Shown here one piece after another: positions 51,521-63,115 of a DNA stretch of 64,000 bases (positions within the stretch are counted from its first letter, which is position 1; each line of letters starts with the position of its first letter). The notes beneath the pieces were generated by a model, which ran no database searches, was not told where the DNA came from, and saw nothing but the letters and a program-made list of their open reading frames with translations. The translations under genes and the position numbers were made by a program. The DNA comes from Podarcis bocagei (Eukaryota), in the NCBI GenBank assembly GCA_964188305.1, contig OZ076892.1; one strand, given 5' to 3'.

Positions 51521-52509
51521 TGGGTCAACAGCCGCTGATCTTGGCAGTTACCTGTTGCAGTGATTGCAAACCTTGGGTGGGTTTTCTGCCTCTGTGGAGG
51601 AGACACGGTGCGGGCCCAGGGCAGAGAAATGGACTTTAAACACACACATACACTGCTCATCTAGTTAAATAGATTTATTTGCAATTTTTAGGCAAGAGAA
51701 ACATTTCTGATACTAGAAGTGGGGCGGTGGGTGGGGAACGACAGGCAGCTCAGCGAGAAAGTGGGTCCCTCATTTAAGGCAGCAGCTAAGATCAGCCATA
51801 GCAGCAAGGCCCTTTAGGGGGAATAAGCAACCCCCCCAGGTTCTCCCTTGGCCCATCACCCCTGCAGAGCCAGAAGGGGGTTCACAGAGCCAGCTAGCAG
51901 GAAGCCAGGAGAGAGCAGGGCCACTCTAGTTTAAAGAACAAGGTGGGGGGGCTCTCCCCCTTTCCTTCATCTCTCTACCCTGATAAGAGGCTTCCTGTAC
52001 AGCTCTTGGAACTCTGCCAAATAACAGAAGGCAACCTTTAGCTTTCTGCAAACCTGGAACAGTCTCCAAACAGTTAAATAGCTGCTCCTGGATAGATAGG
52101 ACACTCGTCCCTATTTAATCCAAAAGCAAATTCCTGTCGCTTCTGTCACTTGCCCCCAGGATCAGGCTTGTGACCTGCTGGCTCCAGCTCAGATCTCCTG
52201 CCATCTTTCAGACCAGGGCAGAGGGAAGGAAAGTGGCTCTTGATTATGTAGGTCTGAGCTAAATTATTATTATTATTTATTCGATTTATATATCACCCTT
52301 TATTGCAAGCTCACACAGCCCAAAGGTTCATAAATCACTTGGCCCTGGAAGAAAAAGGAGAGAAGGGGGGAAGGCATTTGCTGGCCTCGTGAGAAAGGCC
52401 AAACCAAGTGGATTCCCCAAGGCATAGAGAGAGAGAGAGAGAGGCAGAGAAGGAAGAGTTGTTTTTTTGCCACCACCTAAGGACCCGAACAGCTTCAGTT
52501 GTGCCCAGC

Positions 52510-54559
52510 CTAGAACAGGAGAGCATAGTTCAGGCTGAGGACGGCTGCACACACCAGCAGTTGGAGCAGGGGAGTGAGGGCTACCACTTGCTTGGCTCCA
52601 TTGAAATGCACTTTGCCATCCAGCTTCAGGCAGCTGGTCTTAGGCATCGCTGGGCAGCACTCCTGGTAGCAGGGCACCTTGGACCCCGCGGAGCAGGGAG
52701 GGCCAGCCGTTTTGCAGACTTTGCTGCATCCAGCCACAAAGTGGGGGCCGGTTTTCTTCATCTGGAAGGAGAGAAAGGAGCAGGCATTGGCCCACACAAG
52801 TAGCAGATGCAGGGACCAGCTTGGCTGCTGTTTCAGGCACTGGTACTGTGGGGGGGTGGGGTGCCCAGAATCAAGCAGGGTGCCTGCAGAGGGTAGCTGG
52901 CACTCAGGGCTGCTGATGGGGATTTGGTGGGCCTCCCACTTTCTTCCTCAGACTTCAGATCTCTCGTCCTAAAAAGCAGACTTCCATTGCATGCTCCAGC
53001 ATCCATTTAGCTAACTATTCTCATTTCAGAATCCTCACGACAGCCATCAGAGTGGCCACTGCCCACCCCTTTCCACATTGCTCTCTTGAGGCACACAGCT
53101 CCTGCTGGTTTGTAAGGAGCTTACAAGGCTCAAGCTGCATTCTAAGGCACTGCAGCAACACTTCAGGCCCCTTCCCTGTGGAAGGGCTTCATTCAGAGGG
53201 CAGAACAAGAGCGTGGGCGTTTGGAGGGGGGTGTTAACATTACAGGAACGGTACCTCGCAAAAATTAAAGCCCACGATGCAGCTGGCTGCGTGCTTCTGT
53301 CCCTTGTAGCATCCTTCTCCGTGGCAGGTGAAGCTTGAGCACACTTTCCCCTACAGAGGGAGGAAAGAGAGGCAGGCCATTGAATTGTGGACACCAGGGC
53401 TGTGCACTGGATTCAGCCAAATCCCCAGACAAATCAGGGCTGTTCAGAAGGACGCAGGCATTTGTCAAGTTGGGTTCAGACAGTCACACATCTCTGCAGG
53501 TTGGACTGGATGGCCCAGAGCCATCCATGGCTGTCAGGAAGGAAGGAGAGGCAGGCAAGGCAGACAAACCCCACAAAAAAGCCCAGACGCTTCTGGGAGG
53601 AAGTGGGCCCAACTTCTTTCCTGCCCCCAGGGATCTCCCCCTCTGCTCAACAGCTCTTCAATTAAATGATTGATCCGATGTGGGGTGGGGTGGGGGGTGC
53701 ATCCCTGGTGTTGGGCAGGAGGGAGGACATAGGAAAAGAACCAGGATCCCATTTCCCACTCATCCACCCACCCACCCACTCTGAGGATGCCACCTGCCCA
53801 CTTGCCCTGCCAGCAAACAAGCCATCCCTTCCAGAACATGAAGTGACACCTACATTTTTGGGGGGTGCTTTGGTGGTGGTAGTGGTGGGCGCCGGCGTGG
53901 TGGTGGGCGGCAGATCACCTAGAACAGACACGAGAGATGGAGGAGCTGGCTGAGGCCCCCATGACCTCTTGACCGACGGGAGAAGCTGTCATGCCAGACT
54001 GGCAGGTCAGAGAGAGGCTGGCTGTGGGCTGAAATCATGCCCTTCAGCTGCTCCAGGGACTGAGTCCCCAGAGCCAAGAAAGGCCTCTGAGAAGGCAGCT
54101 CTGCCCAGATGCCCCATAGGTCAGCTCAGCCTTCCCAGGGAGAAGTAATCCTGCCAAGCCGAGCATCTTAAGAGGCCTCCAATTGGGGGAGCTTACCATA
54201 GGCTGTAGCGTTGAGGAGCAGGCAGTTTGGGGAGCTGCAGCACTCCATTGAACACAAGTTCATTCTGATGGTGCCATTCTGCATGCACATGTCGGTGCCG
54301 TTGATTCCCCCACACTCACTGCTGCACCGGGCTGTGTAGCTGGTAGTGTTGAGGCGGAAGAGCTGCAAGACCCACCAAAGAGTTAGCAGGGCAAGGCTGA
54401 CAACTGACCATCGCTGCATTATGATCCATGCAGAGAAGCAGGAGTGGCTGGACCCCACAGCCTCACCTTAGCTGATCCCCCCCACACTTGTAAGAACACA
54501 GTCCAGGACAGAGGCCAAGGCCACCCACAGTCCTTTGCAGCCTCTTCGGGGGGTTGTTG

Positions 54560-54606
<47 letters not shown>

Positions 54607-55790
54607 GGTTTATATACTGTACCACTCTTCAAGATCTTATGGTGGTTCACAGGATAAAAATACAAGGTAAAAACACAAGTCAATAGTTAAAACAAAAAGA
54701 TCAGAAGAATACCTCCCAAACCCATTTTAAAAGGCTGTAGAGTATTAATCAACTTTATAAAACCAAAAAAAATACAAATACAAAATACAGATTGACGTAT
54801 AACACTTTAAAACTGTTTAAAACAACCCCACTCAAATAACACCTCCGGGCTCCCTACCTCGCAGTGTGTTGCATTGTGGCAGGTCTCTGTGCTGTTCCCA
54901 TGAGCTTCGTCATGGTAGCATCGCTCCCCGGAACACTGGAAGCTCTGGCATGTGAGCTGCAGAGGGAGATGGAGCTGAACCTTCATGGCAAGAAAACTAG
55001 GCAGCTGCCCTGGCCTCCCCAGGCCAAGCATCCTCTACCCTAGTAGCACCTCTCACCTGCAACCTGGACCTGACCTGCCACCTCCACTTGGGCCTCCCAA
55101 CTGAATCATTTCCTGGTTCATATCTCTGACATACAAACCTACCCAATGAATACTTCCATCTGCAGGACATTCCTTCTCACCAAAGGGCTGCAGCCAGCCA
55201 GGAGCAGACAGTCCATGTCTGCCCCACACCCAGACATTCCCATCCCATCATCTCCAACTGGGAAGTGCCCAACACGTCCCCCCCCAACACACAGCAGCAT
55301 CATACTGGGTCAGTTTCTTACGTTCATCATGCCTGTGCTGTTCGCTGAGCTGCTGGGGATGAGGGGTGCTCCTGAAATGGGCCCAGGCTCTGAAAGAGGA
55401 AGCAAGAGGTTAGTAAATGCCTTGGGGTGTGAGCCAAGGAAGTCTCTCCTCCTGCTAATGGTTTCCTGAGTGGAGCAGAAGCCTTGACTGCAACCGAAGC
55501 CATGCTTATGTTTCAGAAGGTGCATAGAGGAAAGTGGCAGGAAGTTCCAAGGGTCCACCTCTTCCTCAGCCTGTGCCCCAGGGGCCTCCCTACACAGAAC
55601 CTTCCCCTTCCCAGCACATAGCCAGCCAGCCCTCTCACCTGCCAGTATACAAGAGGTCCAAGTACTGAAGTGCAGAGCAACCCAGAGGAGAAAGATGCCT
55701 GCAGATGGAAAAAAGAAAGACCATGTTTGTTTCTTGAAAGGCAGAGAGAAAAGGCACCTCTGTCACCCACAGCTCACTGTAGGGGACCAT
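52510..55790 (-). CDS. Uncharacterised GPI-anchored glycoprotein with two tandem 12-Cys Ly6/uPAR/three-finger-like domains, 8 exons, 272 aa
   Basis: Exons 55790-55778, 55698-55639, 55389-55322, 54956-54858, 54362-54197, 53918-53854, 53350-53255, 52761-52510; all GT-AG, phases consistent, 819 nt with no internal stop. Signal peptide MVPYSIFLLWVALHFSTWTSCILA, two repeats with matching Cys spacing, Thr/Pro linker, hydrophobic C-terminal tail. The 13-nt first exon is the least certain part. Confidence 0.85.
54555..54606. repeat. (TTG)n/(TTA)n microsatellite
   Basis: Read directly from the sequence. Confidence 0.9.
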
Positions 55791-55848
55791 CAGACAATGT
55801 CACATCAAGGCATTGATGGATCCCATTGCAGACCACTGTTCTTTAGGG

Positions 55849-56049
55849 CAGTGGCGGAGCTTCATGCTCTGGCACCAGGGGCAGAGAGCAGGCGGGGGCG
55901 TGGCTGGCACGGGTCCCGGGGGCGTGGCGCATCGCCTGTGGGGGTGTGGCAGCCAGTGCAGGGGGGGGGGGACAGCCACAATGGCACCCCACCAGGATCG
56001 TGGTGTCGGGGGTGGTGCACTCCCCCTGCCCCCTCTTCCTCCGTCAGTG
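55849..56049. mobile_element. 201-bp GC-rich hAT-type MITE
   Basis: Perfect 8-bp TSD CTTTAGGG at 55841-55848 and 56050-56057; imperfect TIRs CAGTGGCGGAG / CTCCGTCAGTG. Confidence 0.8.
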
Positions 56050-58193
56050 CTTTAGGGTGGGGCTCTTGTTCTTTTACCAGATGGTTGGGCAAGCAGAAAT
56101 CCAACAAACAGCCACTCCCCAATACTACCCCGGTTCCTCTGACTTGCTCAGGAGACACTCTGTATCTTCCATATATCACCTTCGCCAAGGAGCGAGTCAC
56201 ATGTCAGGCTGTCACCTCTGCCAGAAATTCCACCACAATGAAGCCTCTTACCCTGGGCTGGGAGAATCCGGTTTTTGTTGGGACTTGCCATCTCTAGCCA
56301 AGGGGATCTAATCCTGTAGGACCCTGCAGAGAGGGCAACAGGGAAGAAACATATGTATGTATTTCTCAGATTTCTCAGCACGCACACCCCGAGCACAAGG
56401 AGGCGATGCAAGCAACCCCTAAACTCAAGACAAAGCTGTAGAAAGGATCTTAAACAGGGTCTTGGCAGGACCTATCTCAGTTCACTAGGAGCAATGGGTC
56501 GAATGAAGCAGGGTCCTTTGCACATTCCTGTGTTTTGGTCTTCTCATCCAGGTAATGAGGCTGTGCAGTCACTGGCTAGGAATCTGATCAGAGCATCAGG
56601 TGTGCCCACAATAGTCAGGACAGTGGGCCCTTGAAAAGTGGCTCACTCAAGGAGAAAAGGCAGAAGGAGATGCTTTGAACCATCAAGCCATTTCTCCACC
56701 TGGCCAGTATAGTTGGAGCCACCTGAGCATCTGGATCTGGTCACAGTCTGCAAGGACAGAACTTGAGCTGCCCCAAGTACTGTAACATCCACTGGAGGGA
56801 GTCAGAACAGAAGACATTACACCTGCCTTCCTGGGGAAAGTCAGCTGGGTCTTTCTCTATGAGAGTGATTATGCACAGGCTGCTGTCCCCCGTCCCCCAC
56901 AACAGCTTCACTGCCTCAGGCTGTTGCTAGATCCCAGCCCTGCAGCACCTCCCGGAACAGATGCTGCCAATTTTGAGCCATGAAGTGCTAAACAAACCCA
57001 GCAAAAGGAGACGACCTGCAGGGAAGACCATCCCCCTCCCCATTATTTCTGTGTGGTACCGCCTGTGTGCCTGATGCTTTTACAGGAGGGCAGCACCTTC
57101 CCTTGATGAGCTTCCAGTCTTAAATATGATCACAGAGAAAGAGGAGAGGAAGCAAGCAAGCAAGCTGGATGTGCCTCCATTTTGGCTGCATGGCCTTGGG
57201 CTTCATTGCAGAAAGCCAGGGAGGGGGTTTCACAGGCAGGCATCCTGGGAGGCAGCTCCAGGCATGCAAGAGGAGCTGCTGGAGGGAGGAGACCTTGGGA
57301 TGGCTGAAGGCTGTGGAAAGAAGGTCACAGGCAGAGAGAGGCCTTTAGGTATATGAGAGCAGCAAAGAGAGAAGACCAAGCCAAGCTCAACCTTAGGAGC
57401 TTTCTTGACAAAAGAAAGTGAGTGCCAATTTGGAGCATCAAGTTGTGCACAGTGAGGTGCATTTTTAGTAACTGCCAAGCTTTCTTTGCTCAGAGACTCA
57501 GCAAAACCTAACACTGAGCAAGTCTTAGAGAAAGTCTGGCTGCTTTTGATTGCGAACTGATGGATTGGGGTGGGGTGAGCAGCTGCAGCTCTGGATCACT
57601 TTATCTATTGCAGGGGGTTGGATTAGGTGACCCTTGAAGTCCTTCCAACCCTACAATTATATAGTTCTATGATAATATGATTCTCTTGTGTCTCCTACAA
57701 TTAGCCTCATGCATCTTATTCCATGTGAAACTTATTCTGGATTCCTAGAGGACAGGAAGTGCCATTATGGGTAGTTGCTGGTATAGCCTTTCCCTGCAGT
57801 GATGGAAGACACCCCCCCAACCTCCTCTTTGGGAAATCTTGCAATGTCTTCTTAATTAAAGCAAGTCATTAAAACAGTTAATATATGCTCATCAGCTTTA
57901 TAAACTACGCTAAACGGGGTAATGTTTATTGGTAACACTTTCATTAAAGGGTAATCATTTTATGTCTCTATTCAATACTTATTTTGTTTCGAAAACACAT
58001 AGCATGACTATTCCCAGGGGGCTTAGCAACAAATACAAAGGATTTAACAAGTAAACCCCAAGTAAAATAGGGGGGGACCAGCAGGACAGAATACATACTT
58101 AATGCAGGAACATAGAAAAATCTAACAAGCAGAGTCAGTAAGTCAAAGGCAGAATGAGAAAGTCTCTGACTGGTGCAGAAAACACACCAGTCA

Positions 58194-59010
58194 TGGCCAT
58201 AACATTATGTTTGCTGACTGGGAATGGTTGTGGAACACCGGTATTAAATTCACGGCATGTAATGCCTTAAAGGAAAATATCATGAAAATGATTTACAGGT
58301 GGTACATGACCCCAGTCAAGCTAGCAAAAATTTACCATTTGCCTGATAATAAGTGTTGGAAATGTAAAGAAACTGAAGGTACTTTCTATCACCTTTGGTG
58401 GACATGCCCGAAGATTAAGGCTTTCTGGGAAATGATATATAATGAAATGAAAAAGGTACTTAAATGTACTTTCCCTAAGAAACCAGAGGCCTTTCTCTTG
58501 GGCATTGTCGGCCAATTGGTGTCAAAGAAGGACAGAACTTTCTTTATGTATGCTACAACAGCAGCAAGAATACTTATCGCAAAGTATTGGAAGACACAAG
58601 ATCTACCCACCCTGGAAGAATGGCAGATGAAAGTAATGGACTACATGACATTGGCTGAGATGACTGGCAGAATCCGTGATCAGGGAAAGGAGACGGCGGA
58701 AGAAGAATGGAAGAAATTTAAAATCTATCTTAAGGACTATTATAAACTTGATGAATGTTAGAATGTCGAGGTCTTGAGAAAGAAAGGGTTACAGCGATAT
58801 AAGATTAGACTGAAGGAAAGATTAAGAGGACAGAGGCTTGACAGAAATATTTAGAAGTTGCTAAAAATCTTGGACATTGGGATGCAGAAAGGGGAGGTAT
58901 GGGGGAGTCTGAGAAACAAGGTTCATGAAAAAAAGTTTATGAAACTATACGTGTTTGTATTGTTTCAAAAATTTTGTAAAACCAATAAAAAATTTTATAT
59001 ATATAAAAAA
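58194..59010 (+). mobile_element. 5'-truncated L1-clade LINE (ORF2 C-terminal CCHC region, 3' UTR, A tail)
   Basis: ORF 58207-58761 with CWKC...HLWWTC zinc knuckle; AATAAA at 58984; 17-bp TSD AGAAAACACACCAGTCA at 58177-58193 and 59011-59027. Confidence 0.92.
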
Positions 59011-62000
59011 AGAAAACACACCAGTCAGCCACGGGCAAACCTCCTCCAGCGAGCACATTCCTGTAACCAGAAGTTGCCCCTGCCTCACCTCTGGGGCACC
59101 CCCATTATCTGTGCTGGGCATATTGGCAGGTTTGCGCAGGATAAATTCAAGGAGTCCAAACCATCTGAAGCTTCACTGGTCCACTGTGGGGCCTTGACTT
59201 GTGCCACCAAGAAGAATGACCACCAGTCAACATCCTGCAGAAGATTCCTACATTCCCGCATTGCAGGAGGTTGGATGAGATGACCCTTGAGGTCCCTTCC
59301 AACTCTACAATTCTATGATTCTATTATCTGTTCCCACCAGCAACAACGGCTCTCGCACTGAGCATTTGGCTGCTCTGTGTCTCATTCCCTGGTCAAATCT
59401 GCTTAGCCTTTAGCCTGATAACCCTCCAAGGCCTTGATCTCTTGTGGTGCTTCGTTAAGGCCATTAAAGCAGCTGCTGGTGAAGCGGTCAAAGGGGTAAG
59501 AGCACTTGCAGCAACAAGTACAAAGACCTATGAAGGCTGTGGGCTGAGTTCCAGGAACCCCTGCAGGTCCCCAAGCAGTGGCTGCCATGGAGACTGGAAA
59601 ATGACACACCCAGAGGCCCAGGGCTCCTCGCTAATGACATGTGCTGTTGGCCCAGCAACCCTGTGTTTGGTTGAGCCCCAGAGGAAAAATGGGAAAGCTG
59701 TAGACAGATATCAAGGACAGAAACCCTCAAGAACAGAAGCCTATATCCTACCAGCACCTCTGGCCAGCCAAGCTACACTCAACAGTCAGCAAAAAACCTC
59801 ATCATCTCAGCCCTGGGTCATCCCCACCACTCTTGACAACCACTTTGGAAGCTTGGGGGACCAGCTGAGCCATTAGTTGAAAAAGCAGGGCCTGGGCTCT
59901 TCCCTAAAGGCACTGCATATCTGAGAAAGATACCAGTTTGGATGATGAAGTGCAGCCCATTCACTTTCCCAAAACAGAGATCTGCCAGAAAGGAACTGAA
60001 CACCAAAGCTCACGCCACGATGCTCTGTTCCTTTGCTTGGTTTCAACCCTCTTAGAACCTCAAGGAAGCGCTGCAAATTCAGAGGAGTCCTCAGGAACCA
60101 AAGCATTCAAGTTCTAATCCAGAAAAATATATAATCCACAGACCATCCTTCCAGCTAAGGAGCTGGAGCTTGGTAGGGTTTGGGGAATGTCTTTTCTTTC
60201 AGAGGGCCTCCACCCCACCTGATTGTTCAGGATCCCATCGTACGTTAAGGATGCAAGTTGAGGAGCCAACTCTGCTTCATCCGGGGATGGATTGTCTCAC
60301 TCAGAAGCCCAACTCAATACATTTAGAGGACCAGTCCCCTCTGTAGCAGGCAGGTCTCTCATACATACACACTCTCAAACATGCACCCCCCCTCCCGCCT
60401 TCCTTAGCTAGTCCCCCAAAGGAACCCACCAGCTGCGCTCACTTACCTCGCCCTAGAAGCCTGTCTGAGCAATGTCTTCCTCCTGTGCTGGCAGAAGAGG
60501 TCCCCTTGGGGAGCCCTCCTCCCCGCCCAGGCAGAGATGGCACCAACCAGCAGGTAGAGTGGAGTGGTGGGAGAAAGGAGGGGTTTGCTTCCATGATGCT
60601 CTGGGCAACCGAGGCTGCTCTCCCCACATGGGGCCCAGAACACATGGCAGGATGAGGCACAATCACCAAGGCTGGCTTCAGGGAGTCTTTGAGTAAAGGC
60701 ATCAGAGCACTTAAGATAATCCTCATAAAAGATGGGGAAAGGAGTTCCATCCTTCCCCCCAACAAAGACTGTATGCTGTTTACAATAAGGATCTGACGAT
60801 TCAAGCTTTTCAGGCAGACCTCTGGTATCAGAAAGATCTGCATGTGCCGCTCAACAGCTGGAAGTTCCTCTCCACCTACGAAACATCTTTCAATGGGACA
60901 AAAGGTTAGGCTGCTGTGGAGAGGGGCACTACTTGGGGGGGCAGGTCCACAATACTGATTGCAATAGACTGCTGTAGGTGTACAGAAATAAATTAAGGTG
61001 GGGGGTGGGGTGGGGGTCTCACCAGTAATGCAACAAAACGAAAAGGATGGGGTGGAGTGAAGGGGCAGGAGACCTGGGGTATTTGGGACCACCCCCCTCA
61101 TACTACCCCTGGGGAGAGGGGGGGTTACCCTTTCTTTTTTAAAAAATTCAGTCTTTAGAGTTGGCAAAGCTTGGAAGAGTAAATAGGAGGATTTTATATT
61201 GTTCTGAGAGAAATGGCCAGGGAAGGAGTCTTTGGGATGGAAGCGGGGAGAGACTGCCAGCTTTGAGGATGGAGCAGCTGCCTTGCTGAAAGGCACAGCT
61301 AGGAGGCAAAACCTACATCCCACCCTTTCCTAGAGACCTCCTCACCTGGGTGATGCATTGCAGAAACTTGGCAGAAACAAAGACCTTGCCAGACAAAGTG
61401 TAGTGGCCACTTTGGGGAGGATCGAGAGGGAGTTTCTCAAAGAAGAGAGTCTGGGTGTGTGGCCAAATGCTGCCAATACAGTTTATCAAGAAAGGGAGTC
61501 TGTGACTGTATATAAATGCTACTGCTCCATTACAAGTCTAGGGTTGTTCCTCAAGTGAGATGGAATAGGTTCTGAACTTAGCCCCCCCCCCCCTCCCCGT
61601 GGCAGAACACCCCAAATCTCCCCCAACCAGGGCACCCAAGAACACAGCTTAGTCAAATTGCCCTTCTCCCACTTCCAATCAGGCTGCAGCCACCCCCAGG
61701 TGCCCATCAGAGCCTCGCCTTCCTCAGGCAATTACAGCAACAAATCCATCCCAATTAGGGTAATTAGCCACACTCTCTGTTCCCAGCAGGTCTCTGGGTC
61801 CTTGGGTAGCAGCAGAGAAATAACAAGAAAAAGAGGAACTAAACCCAGGGAGAAGAGAAACACAGAAAGCTGCCTTATACTGAATCAAAACCATTACTCC
61901 ATCTAGCTCAGTACTGTCTGCACTGACTGGCAGCAGCTCTCCAGGATTTCAAGTGGGAGTCTCTCCCAACACAACTGGGAGGTGCTGCAGGAGACCGAAA

Positions 62001-62885
62001 CTGGGATCATCTGCTTGCAAGGGAGATGCTCTAGCACTGAGGTATGGTCCTTCCCCAGAGACTTCACAAGACACAGGTGTTACATGCGGTGGGTCATGTT
62101 ATGGTCTTGCCTTGTGGCTTGCCAGAGCAGCTGTTGCCACCACCACCACCGCTGCAGCAACCTTGGATGATTTCCTTTTCCAACTAGATTGCAACCCCCT
62201 TGTCCCATACACATGTGAGACCTGCAAGGGCATGCCTGTCTTTTCCACCCAGCAACTCCCTGCCTCAGAGCCACAATAGCTGTTTTCCAACGCAAATAGC
62301 CCTTAAGACAAGTGTAAAGGTGCCTGTAGGCATTAGGATCCAAGAGCTGGAAGCAGTAGCAGGATATTTACCAGCAGCTGCTGAAGAAGCGGGTGGGTTT
62401 GGGGAAACCTAGTGAACACAATTGCCTGTCACAGCCAGGCCTTGAGTAGCTGCAAACAAAGGCACTTTCTTCTTTTCCTTCCTGCTCAACTGAAACAGAA
62501 ACGGGCCTAGTGAACTACAAGGAGGGACAAAGGAACAACCCTAAAATGATAGACCAGTGGAGTTGGAAGGGGCCCCAAAGGCTTGAGTTCAACCCCCGCA
62601 ATGCAGGAATCGCAGCTAAATAATCCCTGGAAGATGGCCATCCAATCTCTTCTTAAATATATCCAATGAAAGAGTCCACCAGCTTCTGATGGGAGTATTT
62701 TGGGAAGGGAAAGTTCAGCTCTGGCTTAGTTCTCAGTGAGGGACTGAATCTGTGCCTTGTGTCCCACTTCTAGTGAACAAGGATGCATTATGTGTGAAAG
62801 AAGCTGGGAGGAAGCCTGAACGTGTCTATCAAATAAAGCTGCAGACCACACCAGGTGCCCATTCCTTCTGCCTTTAAAACTAAGG

Positions 62886-62891
62886 TTTATT
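62886..62891 (-). terminator. Polyadenylation signal of SF3A3
   Basis: AATAAA on the minus strand about 150 nt after the stop codon. Confidence 0.7.
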
Positions 62892-63037
62892 TTTTATGAA
62901 AAAAATGTTACAGTAATCATCACCCTGTGAGCTGTAAGTGTCCTTGAAGCACCCGCTCCCATGGAGGAGGGAAGAACAGGCACACACGCAACATGGGAGG
63001 TCTGGGGTGGGGTGTGTCGGGCCAACGTCTCTTCTGA

Positions 63038-63115
63038 TCACAGCAGGCCTTGGCGCTTCAGATCTTCGTAGGTCTTCTTGTTGACCACGTTCCCACTGGA
63101 ATCCTCGTATTCCTC
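63038..63115 (-). CDS. SF3A3: Splicing factor 3A subunit 3, last coding exon (gene continues beyond the window)
   Basis: Acceptor CCTAG then EEYEDSSGNVVNKKTYEDLKRQGLL*, the conserved SF3A3/Prp9 C-terminus; expected neighbour of INPP5B. Confidence 0.93.
   Translation of the reverse strand, partial: EEYEDSSGNVVNKKTYEDLKRQGLL

Noticed and set aside
60439-61323. 294-aa minus-strand ORF ending at a strong donor
   Set aside because: Non-ATG start, no domain or protein-like composition; only the donor is kept as a possible UTR exon end.
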